A stretch of 64,000 nt of DNA from an uncultured Mycoplasmatota bacterium (GCA_947643405.1 CANRVY010000005.1:103-64102); one strand, 5' to 3'. Shown: positions 1 through 9,490, counted from the stretch's first letter. The notes: generated from the sequence alone by a model not told the origin. A program made the numbers and translations.

Positions 1-2253
1 TTGGTGTTGTTGTATCTATCTTACTTACTGTTACACTCTTTGATGCTGATACTCTTCCTACTCCATCTTTCGCCCATAAATAATATGTTCCATTTGCTGT
101 TATTGTTTTACTAAATGCATAACTTGTCGTTGTTGTTCCTACACTTGTCCATCCTGAAGCATTTGCTGCTGGTTTTGTACTACTTGTTGTCCACATATAA
201 TGCGTTACTCCACTATGAGCATCTGTTATTGTACTTGTCAATGTCGCATTCTTTGCCCATGCTGTTGGATTTCCACCTATCGCTCCTACCACTGGTACTG
301 TCGCATCTACTTGATATGTTCCACTACTTTCTTTCTTCGTATTATTATAGGATCCTGTTCCTGTTGCTTCTATCGTATATGTTCCTGTTGTATTTAATGT
401 AATACTTGCTGTTCCTGTATTATTACTGATTGTTCCATTTCCTGTTGTTCCATTACTTATCTTATAACTTAATGCTGTTAAGTTCTCTCCTATCTTTAAT
501 GTCGCACTGATTGTTACATTCACTGATTTTACCCATCCATTTGTCTTTATTGGCGTAAAACTTATGATTGGACTATCTGCTGCTATTACTGTAAATGTTC
601 TTGTCTTTGTTCCAATATTTCCTGCTTCATCTGTTGCTTTATATGTTATTGTTTGTGTTCCTATTACTGCACTTAATCCTCCTGTATATGTTATTGTTGG
701 TGTCACTCCACTATTATCTGTTGCTGTTACTCCTGTCATTAAATTATATCCTGCTACTTCATCTACTTTTAACGTTACATTTTCAAATACAAGTTCTGGT
801 TTAGTGGTATCTATCTTATATGTTCCACTTGTCTTTATTGTACTATTATCTGAGTTATCTATCGCTGTTATTTCTATCTCGTAATTTCCTGTACTATTTA
901 ATGAAATACTTCCTCCATTATCAATCGTTGTACTTTCTCCTCTTACTCCATCTTTGATAATGACATAACTGATTCTTTCTACTTTGATATTATCTGTTGC
1001 TGTTACTTTTACACTTTGTGATTGAACAAATTTTGTTGTTTCTTCTGGTGTTATTACTATCTCTGGTTTTGTTAAATCTTTTACAATTATTCTTCTTGTT
1101 TTTGTACTTTCATTTCCTAATCTATCCGCTACTTTATATGTAATTCTATATTCTCCTGGGATTGATAATAACTCTCCTTCTATTATTATCTCACTATTCT
1201 CTATTGTTCCATCTATATTATCTGTTACACTTACTCCTGTTAATAAATCGTATCCTAATGCTTCATTACTTTCTAATTCTACTGTTTCTGGATTTAATAC
1301 AATCTCTGGTCCTGTTCTATCGATTCTGTATGTTTTATTTACTGTATTTGTATGTCCATTATTATCTGTTGCTGTTACTTTTATCTCATAGATTCCTGTT
1401 TCATTTAATGTTATTATTTTACTATTTCCTGTTATCTTGATAATTTCTCCATCATTTATTTGATAACTAAACTCACTTACTTTATTTGGTTTTATTCCTG
1501 ATACTGTTATTAATATCTCTTGTTCTTTTACATAATTACTATTTGGTTCTGTCATAGTAATTACTGGTTTCATATCTAATACTGCTACTGTTCTTGTTAC
1601 TTCTGCTACCTTTCCATCATTCTCTGCTCTATATATTACTTCATATCTATTTTCTCTACTTGTATCTATATATTCTACTGTTTCATTATTTGATCTAATT
1701 TCTGTTGTATATTCTAGTTTTTCTCCTAGTTTAGTTCTAGCTGTTGCTCCTAATTCTGTATATGGTTCATTGATTCCTACATATATAATAGAATCTCCAT
1801 TTAGTTTAATCATTGGATCTGTTTTACTATGATTTGGAATTTCCCCTCCTGGATTTGGAGTGATTTCTATATCATTCTCAGGTCCATTCGCACAATATTC
1901 TTTATTACAAATATTATCTATATGAATTTTTCCTTGTTCATCTACATAGATAAATCCATTTCCTTCTATTTTTCCATGAATCTTAATTTTTTGATCTTTT
2001 GTTTTTTCTGCTACTGTAAGAAGCGTCAAATCTTTTTTCTCGTAAAAATATTCTCTGGGCGCATAAAAATTATCATTGCTATGGTCAATTCTTACACTTT
2101 CTATTAGCCCATCGATACTTCTTTCAAACGTTGATTTCCCGCTTTTTTTAATTGATTTTATTACAATCGGTGACACGATCAAAGCGATTACTCCTATTAT
2201 TATTAAAACTGCCAAAAGTTCAATCAAAGTAAATCCTTTTTTTGATTGCATAA
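1..2253 (-). CDS. Modular type IV pilin-like protein. Class III prepilin leader MQSKKG/FTLIELLAVLIIIGVIA (cleavage after Gly, Phe+1, Glu+5), followed by at least 6 Ig-like repeat modules with a recurring TATDN/VTDN motif. C-terminus lies beyond the window edge.
   Basis: Manual reverse-strand translation from the ATG at 2251-2253 gives a continuous ORF to position 1. RBS GGAGTG 7 nt upstream. N-terminal methylation motif G/FTLIE. About 90-aa repeats with TxTATDNxG motifs. Confidence 0.7.
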
Positions 2254-2386
2254 TATTCACTCCGTTTCTCTTTTATTCTAAGAATTATTATAGCCTAATT
2301 TATTTTCTATATTCATTTTTGTGCTCATTTGGTTTCATTAATTCTCTGATCAAAAATCCTTTTTTTATCAAAAAAAATTAAAGTTT

Positions 2387-4039
2387 TTATACTTTAATTT
2401 TCTGAAAAGATGGCTCACTTTCTTTATAAGAAGTCAATAATTCTATCCTTGAATTGGCAACACTTCTATCAAATCCTGTTTGATAACGATTTTTTAATTT
2501 TTCAATATTTCTCCACAAAATTTGTTCCATTGAAACTCCTAATTCTATAGAGGAGATTCTAGATAAAGAAACCAATAAATTACTACTCATTTCTAATACT
2601 CTTTCTTTTTCACTTGCATAAATAATTTCGCAAGCGTAGCGGACTAAGCTTTTCCACTCATCTTCAAAAGAATACCCCCCTTTATTTAAATGGTCTAAAT
2701 ATGTGATTGGAATACCATTGTCAGAATATCCTTTTAAACATTCTGGATCTTTTCTTTTGACACTTTTTATCAATGCTTCATCTGTTATTGTTTCTAGCTT
2801 TTGCTTTCTCTCACCAAATAAATACATCCCAATATCTTCAAATTCAAATTGATAAAAACTGGATAGAGAAGCCGCTAAATACCATACAATATCGCCGATT
2901 TCTACTTGTAGATTTTGAAGGAGTTTTTGCTTACTTGTCTCATCTAAATTATGCGTTTTATATTTCTTAAAAGAATCAATTAATTCTCCTACCTCTCCTA
3001 TGATTCCCATTTCTCCATTCATTTTTTTTACAGAATCACTTGCAAAATGATTCATAGTTCTTTTCGCAAGTTCCCCATAATGCTTAAATGTAAGATTACT
3101 TTGTTCCATAAAGTCAACCATTTTTTGTCCCAAACATCCACCTTTGCAAATATCAAAATTAGAACAAGACATACATTCTCCATTTACACAAGTTTTAAAA
3201 TTACGGACATTGTTAAAATATTCTGAATCATAAATTTCTGCTAATGTATGTTCATAAATATTTCCTCCAAATCCTAAATAATCAAAATATTTCATAGCAT
3301 CACATGGATATACTCTTCCATCAAATCCTACTATCATCGTTTGTTCAGCAGCACTACAAGGAGTATGACTAATTCCTAGAAAATTCCAAGGACTTCCAAG
3401 CCTAATTTTTTCTCCGTATTTTTTTCTTAATTCTATGATTTTTTCTTTAAACCACAACAGCTCTTCTCTTGATAAAAGCAAATCTCTTGTTCCTCTTCCA
3501 TGTGGTACAAATCTTAAAAAAGATAAATTGGTAATTTGATTAGAAGACAATCCGAAAAATAATTTGGAGACATCATCAATATCGTGAACAGTTTCTGTTG
3601 TTATTGCATGATGAAAACCTAGCCTAATTCTTGCTTGCTTCAATAATTCAGGAAAAAAATCTTGAAGTCTTTCTAATGTTACAATATTATCTCTTGTCAA
3701 ATGATAAGTTGTTGAATATATCATTTCATCTAGTCCATATAAGACTAAATTTTTAATTTTGTTGATACTTTCTTGTTCTGGATTACACATAGTATAAAGT
3801 TTCGTTTTTAATCCATTTCTATGTGCTTCCGCAATTACTTCTTCAATATCTGGATATAAAGTTGCCTCTCCTCCAGTAAATACAATACTAGAAGCTTTTA
3901 ATAAGACCGCTTCATGAATCACTCTCTTTACAAGTTCTTTATCCAAATATTGGAAGTTAACCTCTTTTGCTTCACTTGAACAATGTGAACACCATCTTTT
4001 GCATTCTTCTGTCACTTCAATCTTTACTTCTTTTATCAT
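2387..4039 (-). CDS. Radical SAM enzyme with SPASM/twitch Cys-rich domain fused to a C-terminal tandem MazG-like NTP pyrophosphohydrolase-like region
   Basis: CX3CX2C (CKRWCSHC) near the N-terminus and a GGEATL SAM-binding motif. CX2CX5CX3C (CMSCSNFDICKGGC) SPASM-like motif. C-terminal EVGELIDSF...EIGDIVWYL and EQILWRNIEKLKNRY resemble MazG EExxE and KL.xR motifs. Confidence 0.6.
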   Translation of the reverse strand: MIKEVKIEVTEECKRWCSHCSSEAKEVNFQYLDKELVKRVIHEAVLLKASSIVFTGGEATLYPDIEEVIAEAHRNGLKTKLYTMCNPEQESINKIKNLVLYGLDEMIYSTTYHLTRDNIVTLERLQDFFPELLKQARIRLGFHHAITTETVHDIDDVSKLFFGLSSNQITNLSFLRFVPHGRGTRDLLLSREELLWFKEKIIELRKKYGEKIRLGSPWNFLGISHTPCSAAEQTMIVGFDGRVYPCDAMKYFDYLGFGGNIYEHTLAEIYDSEYFNNVRNFKTCVNGECMSCSNFDICKGGCLGQKMVDFMEQSNLTFKHYGELAKRTMNHFASDSVKKMNGEMGIIGEVGELIDSFKKYKTHNLDETSKQKLLQNLQVEIGDIVWYLAASLSSFYQFEFEDIGMYLFGERKQKLETITDEALIKSVKRKDPECLKGYSDNGIPITYLDHLNKGGYSFEDEWKSLVRYACEIIYASEKERVLEMSSNLLVSLSRISSIELGVSMEQILWRNIEKLKNRYQTGFDRSVANSRIELLTSYKESEPSFQKIKV

Positions 4040-4133
4040 ACTATCAAATTCCTTTCAAAATACTATTTATTATCATAGTTAAATATCCTTTATTTGTCAA
4101 GGAAATGTGTTATAATGAAGTGGGTGATAAAGC

Positions 4134-4712
4134 ATGCAAAGTATTAAAAATACAGTCTTAAATACCATAATCATTCAAAAATCAAAATTTATTTGTAAAC
4201 TAGTTTCTGTACAAAATATAGAAGAAATAAAACAAGAATTAGAACAGGTAAAAAAAGAATATCAAAACGCCACACATTACTGTTATGCTTATATTTGTAA
4301 CAATCATATTCATGCATCAGATAATGGAGAACCAAATGGAACTGCTGGTATGCCCATATTAAATGTACTTCAAAAACAAAATTTGAATTACATTCTTGCT
4401 ATTGTTATTCGCTATTTTGGCGGCATTAAATTAGGAGCTGGCGGTTTAGTACGTGCTTATTCTAATGCTACAGTAGAAGCATTAAAAAAAGCAACTTTTA
4501 TCAATTTTGTTCCAGGAAAGATTATCACTTGTACATTTTCTTATCAAGAAGAAAAACAAATGGAGCATTTATTATCTAATACCCAAATTATAGAAAAAAA
4601 ATATCAAGAACAAATTATGTATAAAGTAAAAATATCAAATGAAGAATTTGAAAAAATGAAAAATCAACTTCTGCATTTTCATATTGAAGAAGATATATTA
4701 ATTGCTAAATAA
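4134..4712 (+). CDS. yigZ: IMPACT/YigZ family protein (UPF0029)
   Basis: IxKSKF...HYCYAY...SDNGEPNGTAG.PIL.VL...RYFGGIKLGAGGLVRAY motif pattern typical of YigZ/IMPACT N-domain. Extended -10 (TGtTATAAT) just upstream. Confidence 0.75.
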   Translation: MQSIKNTVLNTIIIQKSKFICKLVSVQNIEEIKQELEQVKKEYQNATHYCYAYICNNHIHASDNGEPNGTAGMPILNVLQKQNLNYILAIVIRYFGGIKLGAGGLVRAYSNATVEALKKATFINFVPGKIITCTFSYQEEKQMEHLLSNTQIIEKKYQEQIMYKVKISNEEFEKMKNQLLHFHIEEDILIAK

Positions 4713-4783
4713 ATAACTTCGATTTGCAAAGTAAAATAAGCATTATTATTGACAAAAAAAAAGCACTATAGTACAATGTATAT

Positions 4784-4900
4784 AGATGAGGGAAACTTCA
4801 TATCATAAAAAGAGATACATTCTAATATTCCCATGTTAGGTGTTTACTCTAAATTTTGTTTTGAGAAAACACCAATTCAAAGCTGAGTTGGTGTTTTCTT
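4784..4900 (+). ncRNA. Candidate small RNA (copy A) of the repeated module. TTGACA-17-TACAAT promoter at 4749-4777, 5-prime hairpin, terminator hairpin AAAACACCAAUUCA-AAGC-UGAGUUGGUGUUUU plus U-tract. Convergent with and 3-prime-overlapping the small peptide ORF 4906..4974.
   Basis: Consensus promoter. Conserved in 4 copies in the window with compensatory changes in the 5-prime hairpin (ATGAGG-tttt-CCTCAT, ATGAGG-gaaa-CTTCAT, ATGAAGG-aaa-CCTCAT). Strong intrinsic terminator. Confidence 0.45.
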
Positions 4901-4905
4901 TTAAA

Positions 4906-4974
4906 TTAGTTCTTATTTTTAAGAACAATGATAGTGTAAAACACAATCATTGCAAATGCAACAATTAATTCCAA
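4906..4974 (-). CDS. Small hydrophobic peptide, type I toxin-like: (M/L)ELIVAFAMIVFYTIIVLKNKN, 22 aa, TTG start in this copy
   Basis: Paralogous to ORFs at 30559..30627 and 30946..31014 (MELIVIFITIVFYTVLVLKKKD). Differences between copies are conservative in this frame but non-conservative in the overlapping alternative frame. Single TM segment plus Lys-rich tail. TTGTAA-17-TATAAT promoter near 5087-5115 and GAGGTGA RBS upstream of an overlapping upstream frame. Confidence 0.4.
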   Translation of the reverse strand: MELIVAFAMIVFYTIIVLKNKN

Positions 4975-5192
4975 AAGAATTTATCCTTTCTATATTTCTT
5001 GCAAACATAGAAATCACCTCTTTTCTATCATCCTTTGATGAAGAATCGAGTAAAACACCTAACTACTAGAATAGTACCTCTATATTTATTATACATGGAA
5101 TATCTACATTTTACAATAGTATCTATCAAAATAGCCAAGTTTGTTATCTTCAAAAGATTGACAAAGAAAATATACTATAGTACAATGTATAT

Positions 5193-5300
5193 AGATGAAG
5201 GAAACCTCATATCATAAAAAAAGAGAAACACTCTGATATTTGTGTGTTAGATGTTTACTCTAAACAGTTGCTAAAGAAAAGAGTCTAATAAGACTCTTTT
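5193..5300 (+). ncRNA. Candidate small RNA (copy A-prime). TTGACA-17-TACAAT promoter at 5158-5186. Ends at the bidirectional terminator shared with the 5303..5824 gene. No adjacent peptide ORF.
   Basis: Sequence paralogous to 4749-4860 and 30403-30500. Terminator hairpin 5273-5304. Confidence 0.35.
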
Positions 5301-5304
5301 CTTT
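5273..5304. terminator. Bidirectional intrinsic terminator (AAAGAAAAGAGUCU-AAUA-AGACUCUUUUCUUU)
   Basis: Perfect hairpin flanked by A-run and T-run. Overlaps the stop codon of the 5303..5824 gene. Confidence 0.6.
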
Positions 5305-5824
5305 ATTGTAATTTTAATTTTTTTTCTTTACAAGCTTTTTTTGTTGCTTTATAACAAGCATCATAAGAAGCTTCTGCTTTTCCCATTCTTTCGGAACTAA
5401 TTCCATCTATAACACCATATTGTGAATAATATGGATTTTTGAGTTTTGATTTATCGAATAATTTTGAAAGCATTAGACTTGCTACTCCTACACCAATAAA
5501 AGTAAATTGAATTGGTTTCATATCCGTTCTACCATACCAATAAATAAGTGAAAATATACTAGGAATTAACATACCAACTCCAAAATTTTTAAACATTGTA
5601 ACAGAATTTACTTTTTGTCTTACACTAATACTACAAATTTTATATTCTAAATATCTTTCAACTTCATCATCTGAAAAACCTAATTTATCTTTTAAATAAG
5701 CTTTGTGATTTAATAATGCTACTTCTAAAATTGTTTTGGCATCTCTTGGAATTACAATATCAGATGGTTTTACCTCAATCTTTATTTTTTTCTTATCATA
5801 TGGACTTTTTGCATAAAATTTCAT
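5303..5824 (-). CDS. Hypothetical membrane protein (173 aa, two predicted TM segments in the C-terminal half)
   Basis: ORF with a TM-like segment and no recognisable motif. Confidence 0.5.
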   Translation of the reverse strand: MKFYAKSPYDKKKIKIEVKPSDIVIPRDAKTILEVALLNHKAYLKDKLGFSDDEVERYLEYKICSISVRQKVNSVTMFKNFGVGMLIPSIFSLIYWYGRTDMKPIQFTFIGVGVASLMLSKLFDKSKLKNPYYSQYGVIDGISSERMGKAEASYDACYKATKKACKEKKLKLQ

Positions 5825-5922
5825 AAATATTCCCCCTTTTATGAATTGATTGTTATATTATCATAATTTTAGAAAATCGTCAAATCAAAAAAAGTCTTGA
5901 ATAATTTCAAAACTCTTTTTTA

Positions 5923-7242
5923 TTAATCTTCTAAAGTTTCCTTTAATCTTTTTTCATATTCTGCTTGCAATACATAAATATCTTTACTACTCATAAATAG
6001 TAAAACCGCATTTTTATGCTTCAATAATTTATCGACTGTATCTAAAGAAATATATTCTCCATTATTTAATTTCTCTAAAATAACCTCATAAGTAACATCA
6101 TCATAACCAACTTCTTCACGATCTACTCCAACATCCATAATATAAGATTTATCAGCTAGATTAAGAGCTTCCGCAAACTCTTCTGCAAATTCTTTGGTTC
6201 TAGATAAAGTATGTGTTTTTAAAATGGCTACAATTTCTTTATCTGGATATTTTTGTTTGGCTGCCTTTATGGTTACTTTTACTTCTGTTGGATGATGAGC
6301 GTAATCATCAACTGTTACAATATCACCAATCACATTTTCCTTAAATCTTCTTTTGGCACCACCAAATGTTTTTAAATTTTTAGCAACTTCTTTTGCATCC
6401 ATTCTTTCATAGTAACAAACACCAATAACTGCTAACGCATTTAAAAGCATATGTTTTCCAAAAAGTGGTAAATCAAAATGTCCATAATAATTTCCTTCTA
6501 CAAAGACATCAAATTCAGTTCCATCATTACTGTATTCTACATCTTTCGCTAAAATATCGTTATCCTCTTTTAAACCATAATAGAAAATTGGAGGATTCAC
6601 GTCCAAAGTATGAGTATAGGGATCATCTCCACATGCAATTACCATTTTTTCTGCTTTATTTGCAAAACTTTGATAAGCATCTATAACATCATCAATATCT
6701 TTGTAATAATCAATATGATCTAACTCTATATTTGTAATGATTGCGTATGCTGGATCATAATCTAAAAAATGTCTTTTATATTCACAAGCTTCAAGAGCAA
6801 AATAAGAATTTTCTTTACTTGCTTTTCCTGACCCATCTCCAATTAAATAATTGCAACCAGTAATATTGGATAATACATGTGATAACATTGCTGTTGTCGT
6901 CGTTTTTCCATGGCATCCAGAAATTGCAATTGTTTTAAACATTCCTGTTAATCTTCCAACCATTTCTTGATAAGTATAAATTTTCAAATCTAATTCTTTA
7001 GCTTTTGCTACTTCTGGATTATGGTCATTAAATGCATTCCCTTGTACAATAATCATACCATCTTCTATATTCTTTTCATCAAAAGGAAGAATCCGAATAT
7101 TTTTTTCTAATAATGCGTCTTCTGTAAAAAAATGGTCTGGTTTGTCACTACCCTCTACTTCATATCCTAAATCATGCATAATTTGTGCTAATGCACTCAT
7201 GCCAGTCCCTTTTATTCCTATAAAATGATACATATTTTTCAT
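5923..7242 (-). CDS. murC: UDP-N-acetylmuramate--L-alanine ligase
   Basis: N-terminus HFIGIKGTGMSALAQIM..GYEVEGSD and ISGCHGKTTTTAML P-loop are typical of MurC. Length 439 aa. Confidence 0.9.
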   Translation of the reverse strand: MKNMYHFIGIKGTGMSALAQIMHDLGYEVEGSDKPDHFFTEDALLEKNIRILPFDEKNIEDGMIIVQGNAFNDHNPEVAKAKELDLKIYTYQEMVGRLTGMFKTIAISGCHGKTTTTAMLSHVLSNITGCNYLIGDGSGKASKENSYFALEACEYKRHFLDYDPAYAIITNIELDHIDYYKDIDDVIDAYQSFANKAEKMVIACGDDPYTHTLDVNPPIFYYGLKEDNDILAKDVEYSNDGTEFDVFVEGNYYGHFDLPLFGKHMLLNALAVIGVCYYERMDAKEVAKNLKTFGGAKRRFKENVIGDIVTVDDYAHHPTEVKVTIKAAKQKYPDKEIVAILKTHTLSRTKEFAEEFAEALNLADKSYIMDVGVDREEVGYDDVTYEVILEKLNNGEYISLDTVDKLLKHKNAVLLFMSSKDIYVLQAEYEKRLKETLED

Positions 7243-7265
7243 CTCCTATTACTATTATACTTCAT

Positions 7266-7970
7266 TTATCCCAAAAAATTAAGTAGAAATGGTCCTAAAA
7301 TAAGAATCATAATCAATGGTACCACAAATAATACTGATATTATACTTATTTTATTTGGGATTTTGTTAATTTGTCCTTTGATTTCTAATATTTGTTTATC
7401 TCTTAGAAACGCAATCTGATTATACATTGTATCCAAAATACTATTTCCAAAAATATTCGTTTGTGTAATATTTAAAATAATGTTATTAACAGTTTCTGAC
7501 GGAATTCTTTTTTTCATATCTTCTAATGCTTCTAATAAAGATTTTCCAAAATGAACTTCTAATAATGCTCTTTTAAATTCATCTGATAATTCTGACTTCA
7601 CATTAGCTACTGTAACTTCTAAAGAATTTTCAAGATTTCTTCCAGATTCTAAGGTCAAGGTTAAAATTTCAAAAAAATATAAAGCTTCATGATCAAGTTT
7701 TCGAATGCGCATCTTTAAGGGTTTTGTGATAATCAAATAATAGTATGCATAGTACCAACCAAGTGTAATCGCAGGTGCAAAAATATAAGCATGTTTTGAT
7801 TCATATAATACAACTAAAAATGCAATCAATGAAGAAAGCAATTGAAGATTAATGAATGCTGTTGCATCAAATTTTGATTTTCCACCTAGCATATCTATCT
7901 GCATTTGAATTCTATCTAAATCTTTTTCACGATAAATTTTTCGAATAATATTATTTCTCAAGCCCATCAC
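7266..7970 (-). CDS. Tad/Cpa pilus assembly inner-membrane protein, TadC-like (T2SSF domain)
   Basis: 234 aa with two terminal TM segments and a central soluble domain. Sits in the operon downstream of tadB/tadA homologues. Confidence 0.6.
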   Translation of the reverse strand: MMGLRNNIIRKIYREKDLDRIQMQIDMLGGKSKFDATAFINLQLLSSLIAFLVVLYESKHAYIFAPAITLGWYYAYYYLIITKPLKMRIRKLDHEALYFFEILTLTLESGRNLENSLEVTVANVKSELSDEFKRALLEVHFGKSLLEALEDMKKRIPSETVNNIILNITQTNIFGNSILDTMYNQIAFLRDKQILEIKGQINKIPNKISIISVLFVVPLIMILILGPFLLNFLG

Positions 7971-9490
7971 ATCCTAACCGCCATAATTTTTCTGACACAG
8001 ATAATATAAATAACATATAAAATAACAATAAGAAAAGATAACATAATTCCAAGTGGTGTTGTAAAAAAAGGTAAGAAATAATCTGGATTGATAACACTTA
8101 CAAAAATTGTAAATAAAACAGGAACGCAGAATAATACATACATAATCATTTTAGAACTACTAGTAAGTGACTCTAATTCTAACCATAATTTCTTTTTACT
8201 AAATAATGATTCTTCAATAGAAGAAAATACCTTAATAATATTTCCTCCTGTTTTATTTAAAATACTTAAAGAAGCTGTTAGATAATTCACTTCTTCTAAT
8301 TTAATTCGATCAGCAAATCTACCAAAAACTACATCAACAGAGAGTCCATAAGAAAGTTCTGCACGCATTTTTTTGAATTCTTTTGCAATTGCTCCATCTA
8401 ATTCAGTCATTACGAGTTCAATTGCTTGTGTGATACTTCTTCCAGATTTAAATGCATTATTCATAATAATAATGGCTTGTAATAAATCATTTTCAATATG
8501 TTTTCGGTGCAATTTATGTTTTGAAATATATAAAATATCTGGGACAAAGAAGCCAAATAGAAATGGAAAAACGATTTCATAAGAATTCATAAGTTCTATT
8601 TGTAAAGTAGACGAAATAATTGCAATAACAACAAATAAAATAGCGATTAATATTTTGGCTGATACAAAATCTATTCCTGTTCTATTTTCGTCTCCCATAA
8701 TTCCAACATATTTCTCATATCGATTTGAATATTTTTTTAAAAAAACAGACTTTGAAACATATTTACTGATTCGTTTTAATAGTTTTGCATAGAATTGATA
8801 ATATCGATCAAATAAAGATAACGAATGATCATTTAAAGATTCAATGCTATATTTTCTAATCCTTTGTTCTAACTTTACACTTCTTCTATAAGATAACATT
8901 GCAAAGATAATACCTACTAAGGCGGCTATAATCCCTAACTGAATCAAAATAACTCCAAAAGTATCATCCTTAACAACATTGATCATCATCGCTTTTGTCG
9001 TCGTGTTTCCAGCGCTATCAGTAACTGTATAAACTAATTTTTTTAATCCAATTTCTTCAAAATTTAGTTCTTCTACATTGGTTGTTACTTGTCCTAATAA
9101 ATCCCCATCCTGTGTGTCATAAGCCTTTACATCTGCCATAGGATAAAGAATAGATCCGACTCTCATTTTTAAAGAGTCACTTCCTAATATAATAACTGGA
9201 GCATCTTTATCTATTTTATAAACTCCACTTTCTATTTCTGTTTTTCGATTGTAATAATCATAGGATTCTATTTTGATTTGGTAAGTTCCTGATTCATCTA
9301 ATACAATATTAACTGGTTTTTCTCCATCAATACTTTCACTACTACTTGGAATTCCATTTTTTAAAACTGTATAGGTATACCGCATTACTAAGCTATCAGG
9401 AGTATATGTAATTGTTAAATCTTGATTTGTCGGCTTTTCTTGAGCTTCCAAATTAAAACCAGTTTCTCCCAAATGTGGCACTAGAATCAC
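7967..9490 (-). CDS. TadB-like T2SSF-domain membrane protein with an additional N-terminal Ig-like (DUF5011-like) domain
   Basis: N-terminal roughly 190 aa with a KAYDTQDGDLLGQV motif (Ig-like/DUF5011-type), then TM segments and a T2SSF-like region. Overlaps neighbours by 4 bp (operon). Confidence 0.55.
   Translation of the reverse strand: MILVPHLGETGFNLEAQEKPTNQDLTITYTPDSLVMRYTYTVLKNGIPSSSESIDGEKPVNIVLDESGTYQIKIESYDYYNRKTEIESGVYKIDKDAPVIILGSDSLKMRVGSILYPMADVKAYDTQDGDLLGQVTTNVEELNFEEIGLKKLVYTVTDSAGNTTTKAMMINVVKDDTFGVILIQLGIIAALVGIIFAMLSYRRSVKLEQRIRKYSIESLNDHSLSLFDRYYQFYAKLLKRISKYVSKSVFLKKYSNRYEKYVGIMGDENRTGIDFVSAKILIAILFVVIAIISSTLQIELMNSYEIVFPFLFGFFVPDILYISKHKLHRKHIENDLLQAIIIMNNAFKSGRSITQAIELVMTELDGAIAKEFKKMRAELSYGLSVDVVFGRFADRIKLEEVNYLTASLSILNKTGGNIIKVFSSIEESLFSKKKLWLELESLTSSSKMIMYVLFCVPVLFTIFVSVINPDYFLPFFTTPLGIMLSFLIVILYVIYIICVRKIMAVRM

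Noticed and set aside
115-2381. Plus-strand ORFs in the track (115..402, 200..397, 564..884, 595..804, 1162..1440, 1829..2107, 2076..2381) encoding Leu/Ser/Tyr-rich low-complexity peptides
   Set aside because: They lie antisense to, or out of frame with, the long continuous minus-strand pilin ORF. Their composition is the mirror of the repeat-rich coding strand. No RBS or conservation.
4919-5008. 29-aa ORF starting at a strong GAGGTGA-7-ATG signal and overlapping the hydrophobic peptide ORF in another frame (MFARNIERINSFGINCCICNDCVLHYHCS in copy A, MIETIIERTNSNGINSYIYNYSILYCSSS in the tandem copies)
   Set aside because: Open in all copies, but substitutions between copies are radical in this frame and conservative in the hydrophobic-peptide frame. 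It may act only as a leader ORF for translational coupling and is not called as the main product.
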